In this document: positions 12,976 to 26,322 of the stretch, piece after piece
How positions within the stretch are numbered: the stretch's first letter is position 1
How the letters are laid out: the number at the start of each line of letters is the position of its first letter
Assembly: GCF_963921235.1 (NCBI RefSeq)
Contig: NC_086097.1
Coordinates: 238,268,001 to 238,332,000, forward strand
Length of the DNA: 64,000 bases
Reading direction: 5' to 3'
Source of the DNA: Mobula hypostoma
Lineage: Eukaryota
The notes under the pieces: generated by a model
What the model saw: the letters and a program-made list of their open reading frames with translations, nothing else
Databases searched by the model: none
Told to the model about the DNA's origin: nothing
Program-made: the position numbers and the translations under genes

Positions 12976-13500
12976 GTACATCTAATAAAATGGCCACTGA
13001 GTGTACGTTCATAATTTTCTGCTGCTGTTGCCCATCCACTTCAAGGTTCAATGTTCAAGGTTCACCTACGTGTCACTGTTGTAATGTGTGGTTGCTTGAG
13101 TTACTGCCACCTTCTTGTCAGCGTAAACCAATTAGGTCATTCTTCTCTGACCGCCCTCTTTAACAAAGCATTTTGACCCACAGAAAAGCCACTCACTAGA
13201 TGTTTTTTGTTTGTTTGTTTTCTGCTCCATTGTCTGTAAACTCTAGATTCTGTTGTGCATGAAAATACCACAAAAATTAGCAGTTTCTGAGATACTTAAG
13301 CCACCCCATCTGGAACTAACAATTATGTCATGGTCAAAGTCACTTAGATCACATTTCTTTCATATGCTGATGTTTGTTGTGAACAACAAACGAATCTGTT
13401 AACCATGTCTGCATGCTTTTAAATGTTGAGTGGCTACCACATAATTGGCTGATTAGATACCTGCATTAATGAACAGGTGTACTTAATAAAGTGGACTATG
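12976..13500 (-). mobile_element. Non-autonomous Tc1 derivative, copy 2
   Basis: CTAATAAAATGGCCACTGAGTG terminal motif; colinear with copies 1 and 3. Confidence 0.85.
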
Positions 13501-14025
13501 AATGGAGATGTTGTGAAGCAATATGTTGAGATATGCTTTTAATTTCATTCACTTGGATACAACACAAATCTGACATCCTGGTTTACTGCTAAAAGCTGTT
13601 TACCTTCCTGACATAAACATTTAGAAGTTCACAGTCTGAATTAGGAATGTAAAATTTGAATTCCAATACCCTCAGGAGTAACTTTTTCGATTCTTCGAAA
13701 CATTTTCTCAGGATTGACTGCATGAGATCAAAGTCAATGTCAAAGTATAAGTATTTTCTTAATTTTCAAAGCACGTTTATGTTCCATACACTGAATTGAG
13801 ATTTATTTTCTTGCAAATATTTTCAGGAAATATAATAGAATTTATGAAAAACTCCACATAAACAAAGATTGACAAACAGCCAATGTGCAACAAAGACAAA
13901 TCATGCAAATCAAAAATAAATAGAACTGAGCACGAGTTGTAGAGTTCCGAAAAGAGTTATTATTATTATTCAAAAATTGTTATTATTCCTTGCACAGTGA
14001 ATAAAATCAATATAGACAGAGAGAA

Positions 14026-14365
14026 CAGTGGTGTCTGAAAAGAGGATGCTGTCTAAGTTGCATGCCATCTTGGTCAATGTCTCCCATCCACTACATAATG
14101 TACTGGGTGGGCACAGGAGTACATTCAGCCAGAGACTCATTCCACCGAGATGCAACACAGAGCGTCATAGGAAGTCATTCCTGCCTGTGGCCATCAAACT
14201 TTACAACTCCTCCCTCGGAGGATCAGACACCCTGAGCCAATAGGCTGGTCCTGGACTTATTTCATAATTTACTGGCATAATTTACATATTACTATTTAAT
14301 ATCTATGGTGCAACTGTAACAAAAACCAATTTCCCCCGTGATCAATAAAGTATGACTAAGACTAT
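14026..14365 (+). mobile_element. Rex1/Babar LINE 3' end
   Basis: VSEKRMLSKLHAIL...HPLH...RKSFLPVAIKLYN; (GACTAT)n tail; nearly identical to 30148-30494; absent from the other two tandem units. Confidence 0.9.
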
Positions 14366-14456
14366 GAGAATAGGCTACAGTGGGAGGGGATTGATGGGAT
14401 TATTCTCAAAACTGGCATTGACTCAGTCTACAGAACAACCTCCTTCAAATTTAGAA

Positions 14457-14975
14457 CATAGAATAGTACAGCACAGTACAGGCCCTTCAGCCCACAATAT
14501 TATGCCAACCTTCAAACCCTGCCTCCCATATAAGCCCCCACCTTAAATTCCTCCATATACCTGTCTAGTAGTCTCTTAAACTTCACTAGTGTATCTGCCT
14601 CCACCACTGACTCAGGCAGTGCATTCCACGCACCAACCACTCTCTGAGTAAAAAACCTTCCTCTAATATCCCCCTTGAACTTCCCACCCCTTACCTTAAA
14701 GCCATGTCCTCTTGTATTGAGCAGTGGTGCACTGGGGAAGAGGTGCTGGCTATCTACTCTATCTATTCCTCTTAATATCTTGTACACCTCTATCATGTCT
14801 CCTCTCATCCTCCTTCTCTCCAAAGAGTAAAGCCCTAGCTCCCTTAATCTCTGATCATAATGCATACTTTCTAAACCAGGCAGCATCCTGGTAAATCTCC
14901 TCTGTACCCTTTCCAATGCTTCCACATCCTTCCTATAGTGAGGTGACCAGAACTGAACACAATACTCCAAGTGTG
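14457..14975 (-). mobile_element. Young CR1 3' end with 9-bp target duplication
   Basis: Intact 152-aa ORF nearly identical to the end of the 6518-9675 element; AATTTAGAA at 14448-14456 and 14976-14984. Confidence 0.95.
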
Positions 14976-15032
14976 AATTTAGAAGTAATTCTGTTAAATA
15001 CGAGATCCCTTAATCTCTGGGTTTTCCTACTT

Positions 15033-15559
15033 GTACAGGAATAAAGTGGTCGCTGAGTGTACATTCATGCTCTTCTGCTGCTGTCGTCCATCTACTTCAA
15101 GTTTCAATATGCTGTGTATTTAGAGAAGCTCTTCTGCACATCACTGTTAAAACAGGTGGTATTTGAGTTACTGTCGTTTTCCTGTCAGCTTAAACCAGCC
15201 TGGCTGTTCTCCTCTGAAGTCTGTCCCTTAACTAAGCACCTTCACCCACAAAACTACTGCTCGCTGGATTTTTTTCTTTTGTTTTTGCTCCATTCTCTGT
15301 AAAGTCTAGACACCGTTGTGCATGAAAATCCCAGCAGATCAGCAGTTTCTGAGATTCTCAAACCACACCGCCTAGAACTAACAATCATTCCGTAGTCAAA
15401 GTGACTTAGATCACATTTCTTTCCCATTCTGATGTTTGTTCTGAAAAACAACTAAACCTCTTGACCATGTCTGCATGCTTTTAGGTACTGAGTTGCTGCC
15501 ACATGATTGGCTGATTAGATATCTGCATTAATGAGGTGTACCTCACAAAGTGGACTCTG
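15033..15559 (-). mobile_element. Non-autonomous Tc1 derivative, copy 3 (transposase HTH N-terminus)
   Basis: ORF MGKKCDLSHFDYGMIVSSRRCGLRISETADLLGFSCTTVSRLYREW; no DDE domain. Confidence 0.9.
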
Positions 15560-16894
15560 CAGCAAAATTTTGGGATATGCTTTTAATCTTTTTCTCTTGC
15601 ATACAACATAAAATCTGACTTCCTGGTGGACTGCTAAATGCAGATTCCTTTCCTGACAAAACTTTTAAAATTCATCGTCTGCATTAGGACTTTAAATAGG
15701 ACATTTGAATTACAATACCCTCAGGAGAACATATTTAATTCTCCGAAATATTTTCTCAGGATTGACTGCATTAGATCAAAGTCAAAGTACAAGTTTTTTT
15801 TTAAATCTTCAAAGCACGTATATGTTACCATATACTGAGTTGTGACTCCTTTTCTTGTAGGCATTTTCAGGAAATACAATAGAATTTATGAAAAAACTCT
15901 GCACAAGCAAAGACTGACAAACAGCCAACGTGCAAATGAAGATAAATTGGGCAAATAAAAAATAAATAATACTGACAATATGAGTTGAGAAATCATTGAA
16001 AATAGTAGTTATTATTATTCCAAAAGTAATTGTTGTTATTGCTTATGCAGTGAATAAAATCAACACAGAGTGAATAGGCTATGGTGGGAAAGGGATTATT
16101 GGGTTAACTCTAAGAACTGCCATTGACTCAAACTGGGGAACGACTTCCTTCAAAATCAGAAGTAATTCTGAAAATGAGATCCCTTAATCTCTGCATTTCC
16201 CGCTTGTACACAAAGCTTAAAATTATGGAAAATCCATTTTCTTTTTGCATATTGGCAAAATAACCGCTAAGTATTGAAATAATTCTGTAACTTAATGAAT
16301 GTCATTAAGATTACATTAGAATTTGTTCGATGCTGCTAACTGGTTAGCACAAGGGTGATGAAGGAACAGGTGAGGTCTGGATAACTCTTTAGCAAGCAAG
16401 TTATAAATCACAACTGAAGAAAGCATATTGTATTTCTAACACACCTTGCAGCTTTGCTTTCAGCCTACACTGATATTTACATGCAGCATCATTGGTGCTG
16501 GCAGTCCATCAGTTAATACCAATGCTTCATTTACATCTGCCTCTTGAATAATTTACTTCCCAGATTGCGTACATAAAAATCCAATGGTCAGCAAGCCATC
16601 ACAGGTCCCAGCTGCAAAGAGTAGCTGGCAAAATATTCAGCTTCACTGCCCGTGAAAAATAGTTGTAGAAGTTTAATCATTTTGTGTGCTTTGATGAACA
16701 AATCAAGACCTTTTTTTTTTACACATCCACATCTCTTCTATTATTGGGAAGAATTTAGATGAAGTTGAGAAAGGAGACTAAAATTAATAAGATTAATTTT
16801 ATATGCAAATTATAATATAAACTATAGGTAGGTTTGGGTGTTTTGAAGTCACCCCAAAGCTGTTTGTGTTTTTCTCTTCTGAACTCAAATTTCA

Positions 16895-17268
16895 AGGGAA
16901 AACTAGAAGTCCACCAGCCAGTCCTCATCGCAGGATCAGAGGTGGAGAGGATCAGCAACTTTGAAATTCATTGGTGTTATTATTTCAGAGGATGTGTCCT
17001 GGGCCCAGCATGCAAGTGCAATTACAAAGAAAGCATTGCAGTGCCTCTACTTCCTGAGGAGTTCGAGAAGATTTGGCATGACATCTAAAACGTTGACAAA
17101 TTTCTATAGATGTGTGGTGGAGAATATTTTACCATCACAGCCGAGTAGTGAAACAGTAATGCCCTTGACTGAAATTCCTACAAAAAGTGGATACAGCTCA
17201 GTTTATCACGGGTAAAGCCCTCCCCACCATTGAGCACATCTACATGGAATGGTGTCTCAGGAAAGCAT
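16895..17268 (+). mobile_element. Rex1/Babar LINE fragment
   Basis: EVERISNF/KFIGVIISEDVSW...KKALQCLYFLR...LTNFYRCVVE. Confidence 0.85.
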
Positions 17269-17269
17269 T

Positions 17270-17478
17270 CTCAAACCATCCCATCTGGCACCAATTCCAT
17301 AGTCAGTTAGATCACATTTCTTCACAGTTTTGATGTTTGGTCTGAACATCAGCTGTACCTCGAGACCATGTCTGCATGCTATTATGCATTGAGTTGCTTC
17401 GACCTGATTGGCTGATTAGCCGGTTGCATTAACGAGCAAAAGTACAGCTGCACCTAATTAAGCAATCATTGAGCGTAG
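17270..17478 (-). mobile_element. Tc1 derivative fragment
   Basis: Homologous to 12128-12342. Confidence 0.75.
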
Positions 17479-18397
17479 GTGGCAAAATTCAAAATTCATC
17501 ATTAAACCATTTCACTGCAAATATTCAATACCGAAGAATGGTGACAAATTTGGCAGTTTAATTAGGTGGAAAACTATTGAATATAGCACATTATCCTATT
17601 TCAGCAGGTCATCTAAACCTCTCTAGTTCCATCTACCTAACCAGGAAAAATCTCCTTTCTTCATAATTCTAACCTTTCTTCATTGTCCATGCAAACTTTT
17701 GCGATCTTACCATTCAAAAATATTTATTTGTTGGTGATGGTTTCCATTCTTTACCATGATTACTCTCTCTTTGTGATCTTCTAATGTGTGACAGGGTAGA
17801 GGTACATCTCTACCAAAGGAAGTGTAAAGCTCTCCTTACCTCGGCTAGCTTTCACGTCATCCTTGTATCTCAATAAATAAATAACCTTTTTATTTCATCA
17901 GGGCATAAATTTCTCCACCACATCCATCAAAATAGCCATTCTCCACCTTTTGACCTCCCTGCACAGACTCAGCGATAAATGTGCATAGATGGACAGAGGA
18001 GATGCTGCAGAAATATTGGCAATGGCAATGCACCATTCCTCTTTCTGTGACAGCTTGTTGCAAAATAACTTCATTTCATTACATGGTACAGAATAAAATA
18101 TCAGGGATCCTAACAGCAACCCAGAGTTAAAGGTAGAGAAAGTTTAAGTGAAGAAATCAGGAAAGCGCATCTTCCCACTTTCTTTTAGACCCTGAAGAAG
18201 TCTATTCATTTCCATCGATGCTGCCTGACCTACTGAGCTCCTCCAGCATTGTGTGTGCATTGCTTCGGATTTCCAGCATCTGCAGATTTTCTCATGTTTA
18301 ATATCCATCTAATGAGAAGGAGAATTCGGCACAGGTATCTGAACTAGTCATGAAATATTGAGTATTTTCTGTTTTACCTCAGATTTCCTAAGTTAAG

Positions 18398-18990
18398 GTT
18401 GCAGTTCCATAAAATTCTGGTTGTACTACACTTGGACAACTTTGTTCAGTTCTGGTTGCCTTGTTATAGAAAGAATGGGGAAGTTTTCGAGAGGTTGCAG
18501 AGGAAATTTACCAGGATATTGCCTGGAATGGAAAACGTGTCTTATGTAGAAAGGTGGAGTGAGCAAGTGCTTTTCTCTTGGAGTGAATTAAGACAAGATG
18601 AGGCCTGATAGAGGTGTATATGATGATAAGAAGCATAGATAGAGTGGACAGCCAGTGCTTTTTCCCCATGGTGGCAATGGTTAATACCAGAGAATATACT
18701 TTTAAGATCAGGGGTTCCCAACCCTTTTTTTTAAAATGCCATGGACCAATACCATTAAGCAAGGGGTCTGTGGACCACAGGTTGGGAAACGCTATGTTAA
18801 GATGAGCGGAGGAACATTTAGCAGAGATGTGAGAGGAGGGCTTTTTTAAATAGGCACATGAATAAAAGAAAAATGGAGGGTTATGGGTTCTGTAGCAGAG
18901 AGGGGCAAGATTTATCATGGAGTAGTTTACATAGACTAGCACACTGTAGTGGGCTAAAGGGCCCATACTGAACTGTTCTGTATTCTATGC
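18398..18990 (+). mobile_element. CR1 3' fragment interrupted by a MITE
   Basis: HLDNFVQFWLPCYRK...DRVDSQCFFP; TTCTATG-type tail. Confidence 0.85.
18709..18794. mobile_element. ~86-bp hAT-type MITE
   Basis: CAGGGGTTCCCAACC ... GGTTGGGAAACGCTA inverted termini; flanks TTTAAGAT / GTTAAGAT resemble an 8-bp duplication; partial copy near 29515-29563. Confidence 0.75.
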
Positions 18991-20195
18991 TATACTTCCA
19001 GTATCTGTAGTTCTTTATTAAAGTAACAATGATCAAAATGGCCTGTTGCTTTGGATTCACTGAGAAATGCAGGGCTGTAACAATGACAGCTTGTCGTGTG
19101 TTCTGGCCAAAGCAGAGTTCTATACGAAGTGAAGTGCAGAAAGTGTGATTTTATAAGCTTAACATAAGTATATAGAAGTGGTCTGGTTGAAGCTCTCTAA
19201 TTGCCAAATTGCCAAATGAGATGTGGGAGCATCATGAAATATAGGCTCAGTACATTTTTAAGTGATGGCAGAGGTCAGAATTTGACATATAATCACTGGT
19301 ATATGAAATTCTTCAGAGATCATTTGAAAGAGAATGAATTCTAAAAGGAGTTGCAGAACTCAAGGTGATCAAATTACTGGATTCGGATGGCAGTGCTGCA
19401 CACTGCTGAAAGAAACAACAGCATCAGGCTGAGATTTTCAGACAAGTGGGAGGTTGACAGTTCACCGAGGTGAACTTCAGAAAAATGTTTTATACACATA
19501 TATACATCAGTAGTGAAGGTGACATATAGGAATGTGAAAACAACACATTTGAGAGTGAAGGAATAGAACCCACCCATAAAATGGACTCATGTTGAGGACT
19601 GCTTTTGCAGTGAGACACAGTGGCTTACATACATAATGCATGAATGAATAACATCCCATAAAAATGATACTTTTTTGTGTTTGAATAATAGTGAAGTACT
19701 GTACAATAAAAACTGTAATTATAGGGTTTTCAATAATTCAGTCTGAGTGCATATCAGGAAAAGTTGTTTTTATGTACATATTTAAGGTAGTCTTTTTTTT
19801 TAACCCTGATTCCACCCAGTCCACATGTCCACCTTGTCCGAATACCTTGCCACACCACACGCCCTCACAGACACAGTCTCATCCTACACTGGTCACGTTT
19901 CATCTTTTATTGTTGCTGTTTCACATATTTATACGACTGCTTGCTTTATTATAACAGTGCCAGTCACATTGTAGTCCTTTACATAAACATGCACTTTATA
20001 GTTTATGTTTTATATCTACCTGTCAATCTTTTGGCCATGTCACTCAGGGACCTGTGCTAATACTACTTTATGGCTGCATGTGCTGGATTGTAACTATATA
20101 TACTGGTGTGTGATTATATGCACTGTATTTTTGCACCTTGGCCTCAGAGGAACAATGTTTCATTTAGTTCTAAATGCATGTACAGTTGAATGACA

Positions 20196-21864
20196 TAGAA
20201 ACATAGAAAACCGACAGCACAATTCGGGCCCTTCGGCCCACAATGCTGTGCCGAACATGTACTTACTTTAGAAATTACCTAGGGTTAAAAACCACAGCAC
20301 TCTATTTTAATAAACTCCATGTACCTATCCAGGAGTCTCTTAAAAGACCCTGTTGTATCCACCTCCACCATTGTCGCCGGCAGCCCGTTCCATGCACTCA
20401 CCACTCTCTGTATAAAAAACTTAGCCCTGACATCCCCTCTGTACCTACTTCCAAGCACCTTAAAACTGTGACCACTTGTGTTATCCATTTCAGCCTTGGG
20501 AAAAAACCTCTGACTATCCACATGATAAATGACTCTCATCATTTTAGACACCTCTAGTCCTCCACCACTTCAAGGTGAAAAGGCTGAGTTCACTCAACCT
20601 ATTCTCAAAAGGCATGCTCGCCAATCCAGGCAACATCCTTGTAAATCTCCTCTGCACCCTTCCTATATTTTCCTCATCCATCCTGTAGTGAGGTAACCAG
20701 AACTGAGCACAGTACTCCAAGTGGGGTCTGACCAGGGTCCTATATAGCTGTAACATTACCTCTTGGCTCTTAGACTCAACCCCACGGTTGATGAAGGCCA
20801 ATACACCATATGCCTTCTTAACCACAGAGTCAATATGCTTTGAGTGTCCTATGAACCTGGACCCCAAGATCCCTCTGATCCTCCACACTGCCAAGAGTCT
20901 TACCATTAATGCTATATTCTGTCATCATATTTGACCTACGAAAATGAACCACCTCACACTTACCTGGGTTGAACTCTATCTGCCACTTCTCAGCCCAGTT
21001 TTGCATCCTATCAATGTCCCGCTGTAACCTCTGACAGCCCTCCGCACTATCCACAACATCCCCAACCTTTGTATCATCAGCAAATTTACTAACTCATCCC
21101 TCCACTTCCTCATCCAGGTCATTTATTAAAATCATGAGGAGTAGGGGTCCCAGAACAAATCCCTGAGGCACACCACTGGTCACTGACCTCCATGCAGAAT
21201 ATGACCTGTCTACCACCACTCTTTGCCCTCTGTGGGCAAGCCAGTTCTGGATCCACAAAGCAATATCCCCTTGGATCCCATGCCTCCTTACTTTCTCAAT
21301 AAGCCTTGCATGGGGTACCTTATCAAATTTCTTGCTGAAATCCATATACACTACATCTACTGCTCTACCTTCATCAACAAGTTTAGTCACATCCTCAAAA
21401 AATTCAATCAGGCTTTTAAGGCACGATCTGCCTTTGACAAATCCATGCTGACTATTCCTAATCATATTATGCCTCTCCAAATGTTCAAAAATCCTGCCTC
21501 TCAGGATCTTTTCCATCAACTTACCAACCACTGAAGTAAGACTCACTGATCTATAATTTCCTGGGCTATCTCTACTCCCTTTCTTAAATAAGGGAACAAC
21601 ATCTGCAGCCTTCCAATCCTCCAGAACCTCTTCCACCCCCATTGATGAAGCAAAAATCATTGTCAGAGGCTCAGCAATCTCCTCCCTCGCCTCCCACAGC
21701 AGCCTGGGGTACATCTCGTCCGGTCCCAGAGACTTATCCAACATGCTCAACCTTTTCAATCCCCTGTAAATCATCCCTCCAGTTCCATACACACTTTTCC
21801 ACTGTCACACTTGATTGATCCTATTCTCTCACATCTTATCCTCTTGCTCTTCACATTCTTGTAC
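20196..21864 (-). mobile_element. CR1 LINE, 5'-truncated, 7-bp target duplication
   Basis: RT ORF pieces (232 aa and others); AATGACA at 20189-20195 and 21865-21871; same subfamily as 4871-6459. Confidence 0.95.
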
Positions 21865-22064
21865 AATGACAATTAACCAGAACTTGAACTTGAAGCTAAA
21901 ATAAGATTTAACAAAAGCCAAGTTAAACTGAGTGATGACACCTTATTGTTGAGCCCATAAAATCATGGATTAACATTGTTTGCCATAAACATTTACATGT
22001 CTGAGGGATTTGCTGTAGAGTGTTGGCACATCATGAAACAAAAAACAACATTCAACAATTAGGT

Positions 22065-22360
22065 TACAGCCTCAGGATAGAAGGGTGTCCATTCTAAACA
22101 GAGATGTGGAGAAATTTCTTTAGCCAGAGGGTGGTGAATTTGTGGAATTTGTTGCCACATGTAGCTGTAGAGGCCAGATCATTGGGAGTATTTAAGGCAG
22201 AGATTGATCGGTTCTTGATAGGACATTGCATCAAAGGTTATGGGGAGAAGGCCGGGAAATGGGGTTGAGGAGGAGAAAAAAAAAGGATCAGCCATGATTA
22301 AATGGTGGATCAGACTCGATGGGCCCAATGGCCTAATTCCGCTCCTATGTCTTATAGTCT
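22065..22360 (+). mobile_element. CR1 3' fragment
   Basis: FFSQRVVNLWNLLP-type sequence and CCTATGTCTTATAGTCT tail. Confidence 0.8.
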
Positions 22361-25274
22361 CAATTAGAGGACTACGCGGTAGGAAAATTCTAGGCAGTTT
22401 TGAGAGTATGTTACATGGTCGGCACAATATTGTGGGACGATGGACCTGTAATGCGTTGTAGATTTCTATGTTTCCATGTTTCTAATTATACCACAAAGAA
22501 ATATGTGAAAAATAAAGTTGGAGCTTAAAGTAAGAAGACAGAATGAAATGTACATAAATACTAGCATGTATTTACAATGGATACAGCATGATAGAGAATG
22601 GTTTAAAATGTTTAATAATTTTGTAGCTAAAGATTTGAGGACATTCCTGTAATTGTGGAAGGAATTCCTCCTCATTCCAGGCTGAATAAATCAGTGTGAA
22701 TTGAGTAAGGTTGTTGAACTTACTTTGATGCACACAGCTCTGAGTGAAGAATCAGTACCCTGCTGTGAACTATGAAAAAGTCTTGACTGAGGTGGACAGC
22801 TGGCAGCATTATTGTAACCCGGATTTCCATTCACCTACAGTATCTTGCCATTAGTCACCCTTAAGGACCACATTTGAGTAACGAATCCATGGGTGAAGAA
22901 ATGTAAAGACCAGCAGCAACCATACCATTACTCTCCATTTAGAAATCTTAAAAGGTGAGAAAGAGGAAGAGGGATAAAAATACCAGGAAGTAAAATAAAA
23001 CTGCATTAACTACAAATCATGTTCAGATTGCAGTTCCTCCACAAGGTGCTAAAGGTGGTAGTCTCGTTTGATTGGATTTCAGTCAGTTTAACCATTCAGT
23101 TAAAAAAAAATGCTCTGGAATTCATCATCAAATGGTCATCGTCTTTGTGCGAGTGGTTAGATTGATCATGGAGTGGGTTAAAATGTTGACACAACATGGT
23201 GGTTGAAAGGCCTGTATATTGCTATACTGCTCAATGTTTTGTGGTAGAGTTACAGAGTCATGGAGGACTACAGAACAGAAACAGGCCCATTGACCCATCT
23301 AGTCTGTTCCAAAATATTATTCTGCCTACTTCCATTCACCCCATTATTGCTGCTATTAAATAAATACCAGAACACATGACTGCATTCCAGCAGCTGATGT
23401 TAAAGATTAATTTCTGCAGTCAGTATAGATCCTTTCGGTAAATGCAGATTTACCTTTTCACATCCACCAGTTTGTCTTTCTGCTTGAACTCTTCTCAGTT
23501 CTAAATGGTGAGTTCCTGGCCCCTGGCAAGACTGTGTGGAGGCAATCCCATCAAAAATCCCGGCCAGGAACATCCTCACCGACAAAACAGCTGTTATAAA
23601 CATTGACAGCTGCATAAACCAGGGTTGACTGCCTTCAAAGCTCAAGACTTTGAATGCTTTTGATATTCAGAAACACTATTTCATTCATTTCCAACAGATT
23701 TTGAATCACAATTTTTATTCCCCAATTAATGCACTGAAAAACTCAATTACCCAATTAAAAATATTTGAACAATGTGCACTACCTTAGATGCCCTATATGT
23801 AAAGTACCTTGAACTAACTTAGATGGGAAGCTAAGAGAGCATGGATGAGTTGGGCTGAAGGGCCTGTGTTGTCTGATCTGTTCCTGAACAGCAATCTCAA
23901 ATATTTATGGTGGATATTTTCAGGACAGTTTTCTCATGCAATATATTGAAGCCCCAGCTAAGGAGAGGACAGAGCTTGACCTACTCTTTGGAAATGGGTT
24001 AGGACATGTGACTGAGATGTGAATGGGGAGCATTTCAGTACCAGCGACCAGAATTTTATTAGTTTTAAGTTGGGAATGGAAAGGGATAGATCTGGCCCAC
24101 AAGTTCTCAAATGGGGCAAGGCAAATTTTGGTATTAGACAGGAACTTGTAGAATATGATTAGAGTAGTTTTTTTTTGTCAAAGGGGATTATCATAGAACA
24201 GGGGGACCTCGGAGTTCATGTATATAGTTTGCTGAAAATTGCGTTTCAGATGAATTCGATGTTGAAGAAGGCTTTAGGCGGACTGGCCTTCATCAGTTAG
24301 GGTGTTGAATATAAAAGTTGGGATGCTATAAGACCACATGGCATAGATGCTGAACTAGGCCATCAAGTCTGCTCCAAGATGCCATCATGGCGGATTTATT
24401 ACCCCTCTCAATCTCATTTTACAGTTTTCTCCCCATAACCATTGACACTCTGACTAATCAAGAATCTATCAACTGCCGCTTTAAATATGCTCAATAACTT
24501 GTCTTCCCCAGCCACCTGTGACAATGAATTCCATAGATTTACTACCCTCTGGCTAAAGCAACTAATTCTTCCTCATTTCTATTTGGAAACCCCTCCACTC
24601 CGAGGTTGTCTGGACTCATCCACAATAGGAATTATCCTCTCCACATCCACTCTATCCCGGCCTTTCAATATTTGATAGGTTTCAATGAGATCCCCCTCAT
24701 CCTTCTAAATTCTAGTGAGTACAGACATAGAGCCATCAAATGTTCCTCATACAATAGTTCTTTCATTCCTGGAATCATTTTCATGAACCTCCTCTCAACA
24801 TTCTCGAATGCCAGCACATCTTTTCTTAGACAAAGGGCCCAAAGCTGCTCAGAGTACGTCAAGTTGGTCTGACCAATGCCTTATAAAGCCTTAGCATTAC
24901 ATCCTTGCTATTATATTCTCGTCTTCTCAAAGTGAATGCTAACATTGCATTTGCCTTCCTCATCACCAACTCAGCTTGCAAATTACCCCTAGGGAATCCT
25001 GGACAAGAACTCCCAAGTCCTTTTGCACATCTGATTTTTGAATTTTCTCTGTTTATAAAATAGTTCACGCCTTTATTTCTTCCATTAAAGTGCATGACCA
25101 TAAACCTCCTGACACTGTATTCCATCTGCCACTTCCTTGCCCATTCTTCTAATCTGTCTAAATCCTTCTGCACCCTCCCTGCTTCCTGAACACCACCTAC
25201 ACACCACCACCTATCTTCATATCACCTGCAAACTCACCACAAAGCCATCAATTCCATCTAGTCAACCAATCTTC

Positions 25275-25628
25275 CCTCTCCCTCCCTTCCCCTATCCCTA
25301 TGTCACTCTGCCCCCTCCCCCAGCTGCCTACCACCTCCCTCTTGGTTCCGCCTCCTTCTACTACCCATTGTGTTTTCCCCTATTCTTTCTTCACCTTTCC
25401 TGCCTATCACCTCCCTGCTTCCCCTCCCTCACCCCTTTATCTTTCCCCTTATTGGTTTTTCACCTGGAACCTACCAGCCTTCTCCTTCCCACCCTCCCCC
25501 CACCTTCTTTATCAGGCCTCTGCCCCTTCCCCCTACAGTCCTGACGAAGGGTTCCGGCCCGAAACGTCGACCGATCTTTTCCACGGATGCTGCCCGACCT
25601 GCTGAGTTCCTCCAGTGTGTTGTGAGTG
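25275..25628 (+). mobile_element. Penelope-like terminal-repeat insertion with 16-bp target duplication
   Basis: TAGTCAACCA(A/G)TCTTC at 25259-25274 and 25629-25644; pyrimidine tract, hammerhead, GATGCTGCCCGACCTGCTGAGTTCCTCCAG. Confidence 0.9.
25536..25573 (+). ncRNA. Minimal type I hammerhead ribozyme motif
   Basis: CAGTC-CTGACGA-A-GGG-TTCCGG-CCC-GAAA-CG-TC-GACCG: both core boxes, stem II, palindromic ACGT stem III, GTC triplet, stem I 4/5 pairs. Confidence 0.8.
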
Positions 25629-26322
25629 TAGTCAACCAGTCTTCTATCCATGCTATTATCTTGCCTGTAATACCATGTGATCTTATCTTGTTAAGCAGTT
25701 TCATGTGCAACACCTTGTCAAAGGCCTTCTGAAAATCTATGTAAACAACATCCCCTAAGAAGAATTAGAGGGGATCTTATAGCAGCATGTAAAAGTATGA
25801 AAAAGGATAGATAGATAGAAGCAGGAATGTTGTTTCCACTGGCAAGTGCCAAGCCAAATTAGAAAAGTCGGGTACGAGCTGAATCGAGGCAGTGGGGATC
25901 GGGACAAGAGCAAGGAATGACCCAGAGTTTGAATGAGTTAATTACCACGCCAGATTGAAAAGGTCATGGGTCACATCCAGAAGCCAGTTCAGTTTTCTGC
26001 TCCACGAGGTATACTCGTCTCTGCACTGAACCGAGGCTGTGTCCTACAACTAACGGGCTCTTGAATCGCCTGTGGCTGGTTTGATGGCAGTGAACTTTCA
26101 TGAACTTCAGTTCTGAATGCTATTTGCTTACTTTTATTCTTTGCATAATTAATTCTTTCTCTCTCCCACTGGCAGTTTGATGGTCTTTTTTTTTTAAATG
26201 GGTTCTATTGGGTTTCTGTGTTTCATAGCTGCCTGTAAGATGACGAATGTTAAGATTATATATAGTGTACATACTTTGATAATAAATGTACTTTGAACTT
26301 TGAAGTGAGACTAGAACTGAAA

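Larger units (their letters stand above)
11815..16210. repeat. Tandem triplication of a ~1.17-kb unit (Tc1 derivative plus flank)
   Basis: Units start at ~11815, 12975 and 15032; shared blocks such as CTCAGGATTGACTGCAT(T/G)AGATCAAAGTCAA and GAGATC(A/C)CTTAATCTCT occur three times in the same order. Confidence 0.92.
24330..25755 (-). mobile_element. CR1 LINE fragment with internal deletion, interrupted by a Penelope-like insertion
   Basis: DLDRLEEWARKWQMEY, LYKALVRP, HGITGKIIAWIEDWLT. Confidence 0.88.

Noticed and set aside
23607..23619. 13-mer shared in reverse complement with 51430-51442
   Set aside because: Several such matches are expected by chance in a window this size
23400..23645. 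Minus-strand ORF with an AAG|GTAAAT donor-like site
   Set aside because: No recognisable protein similarity or supporting exons
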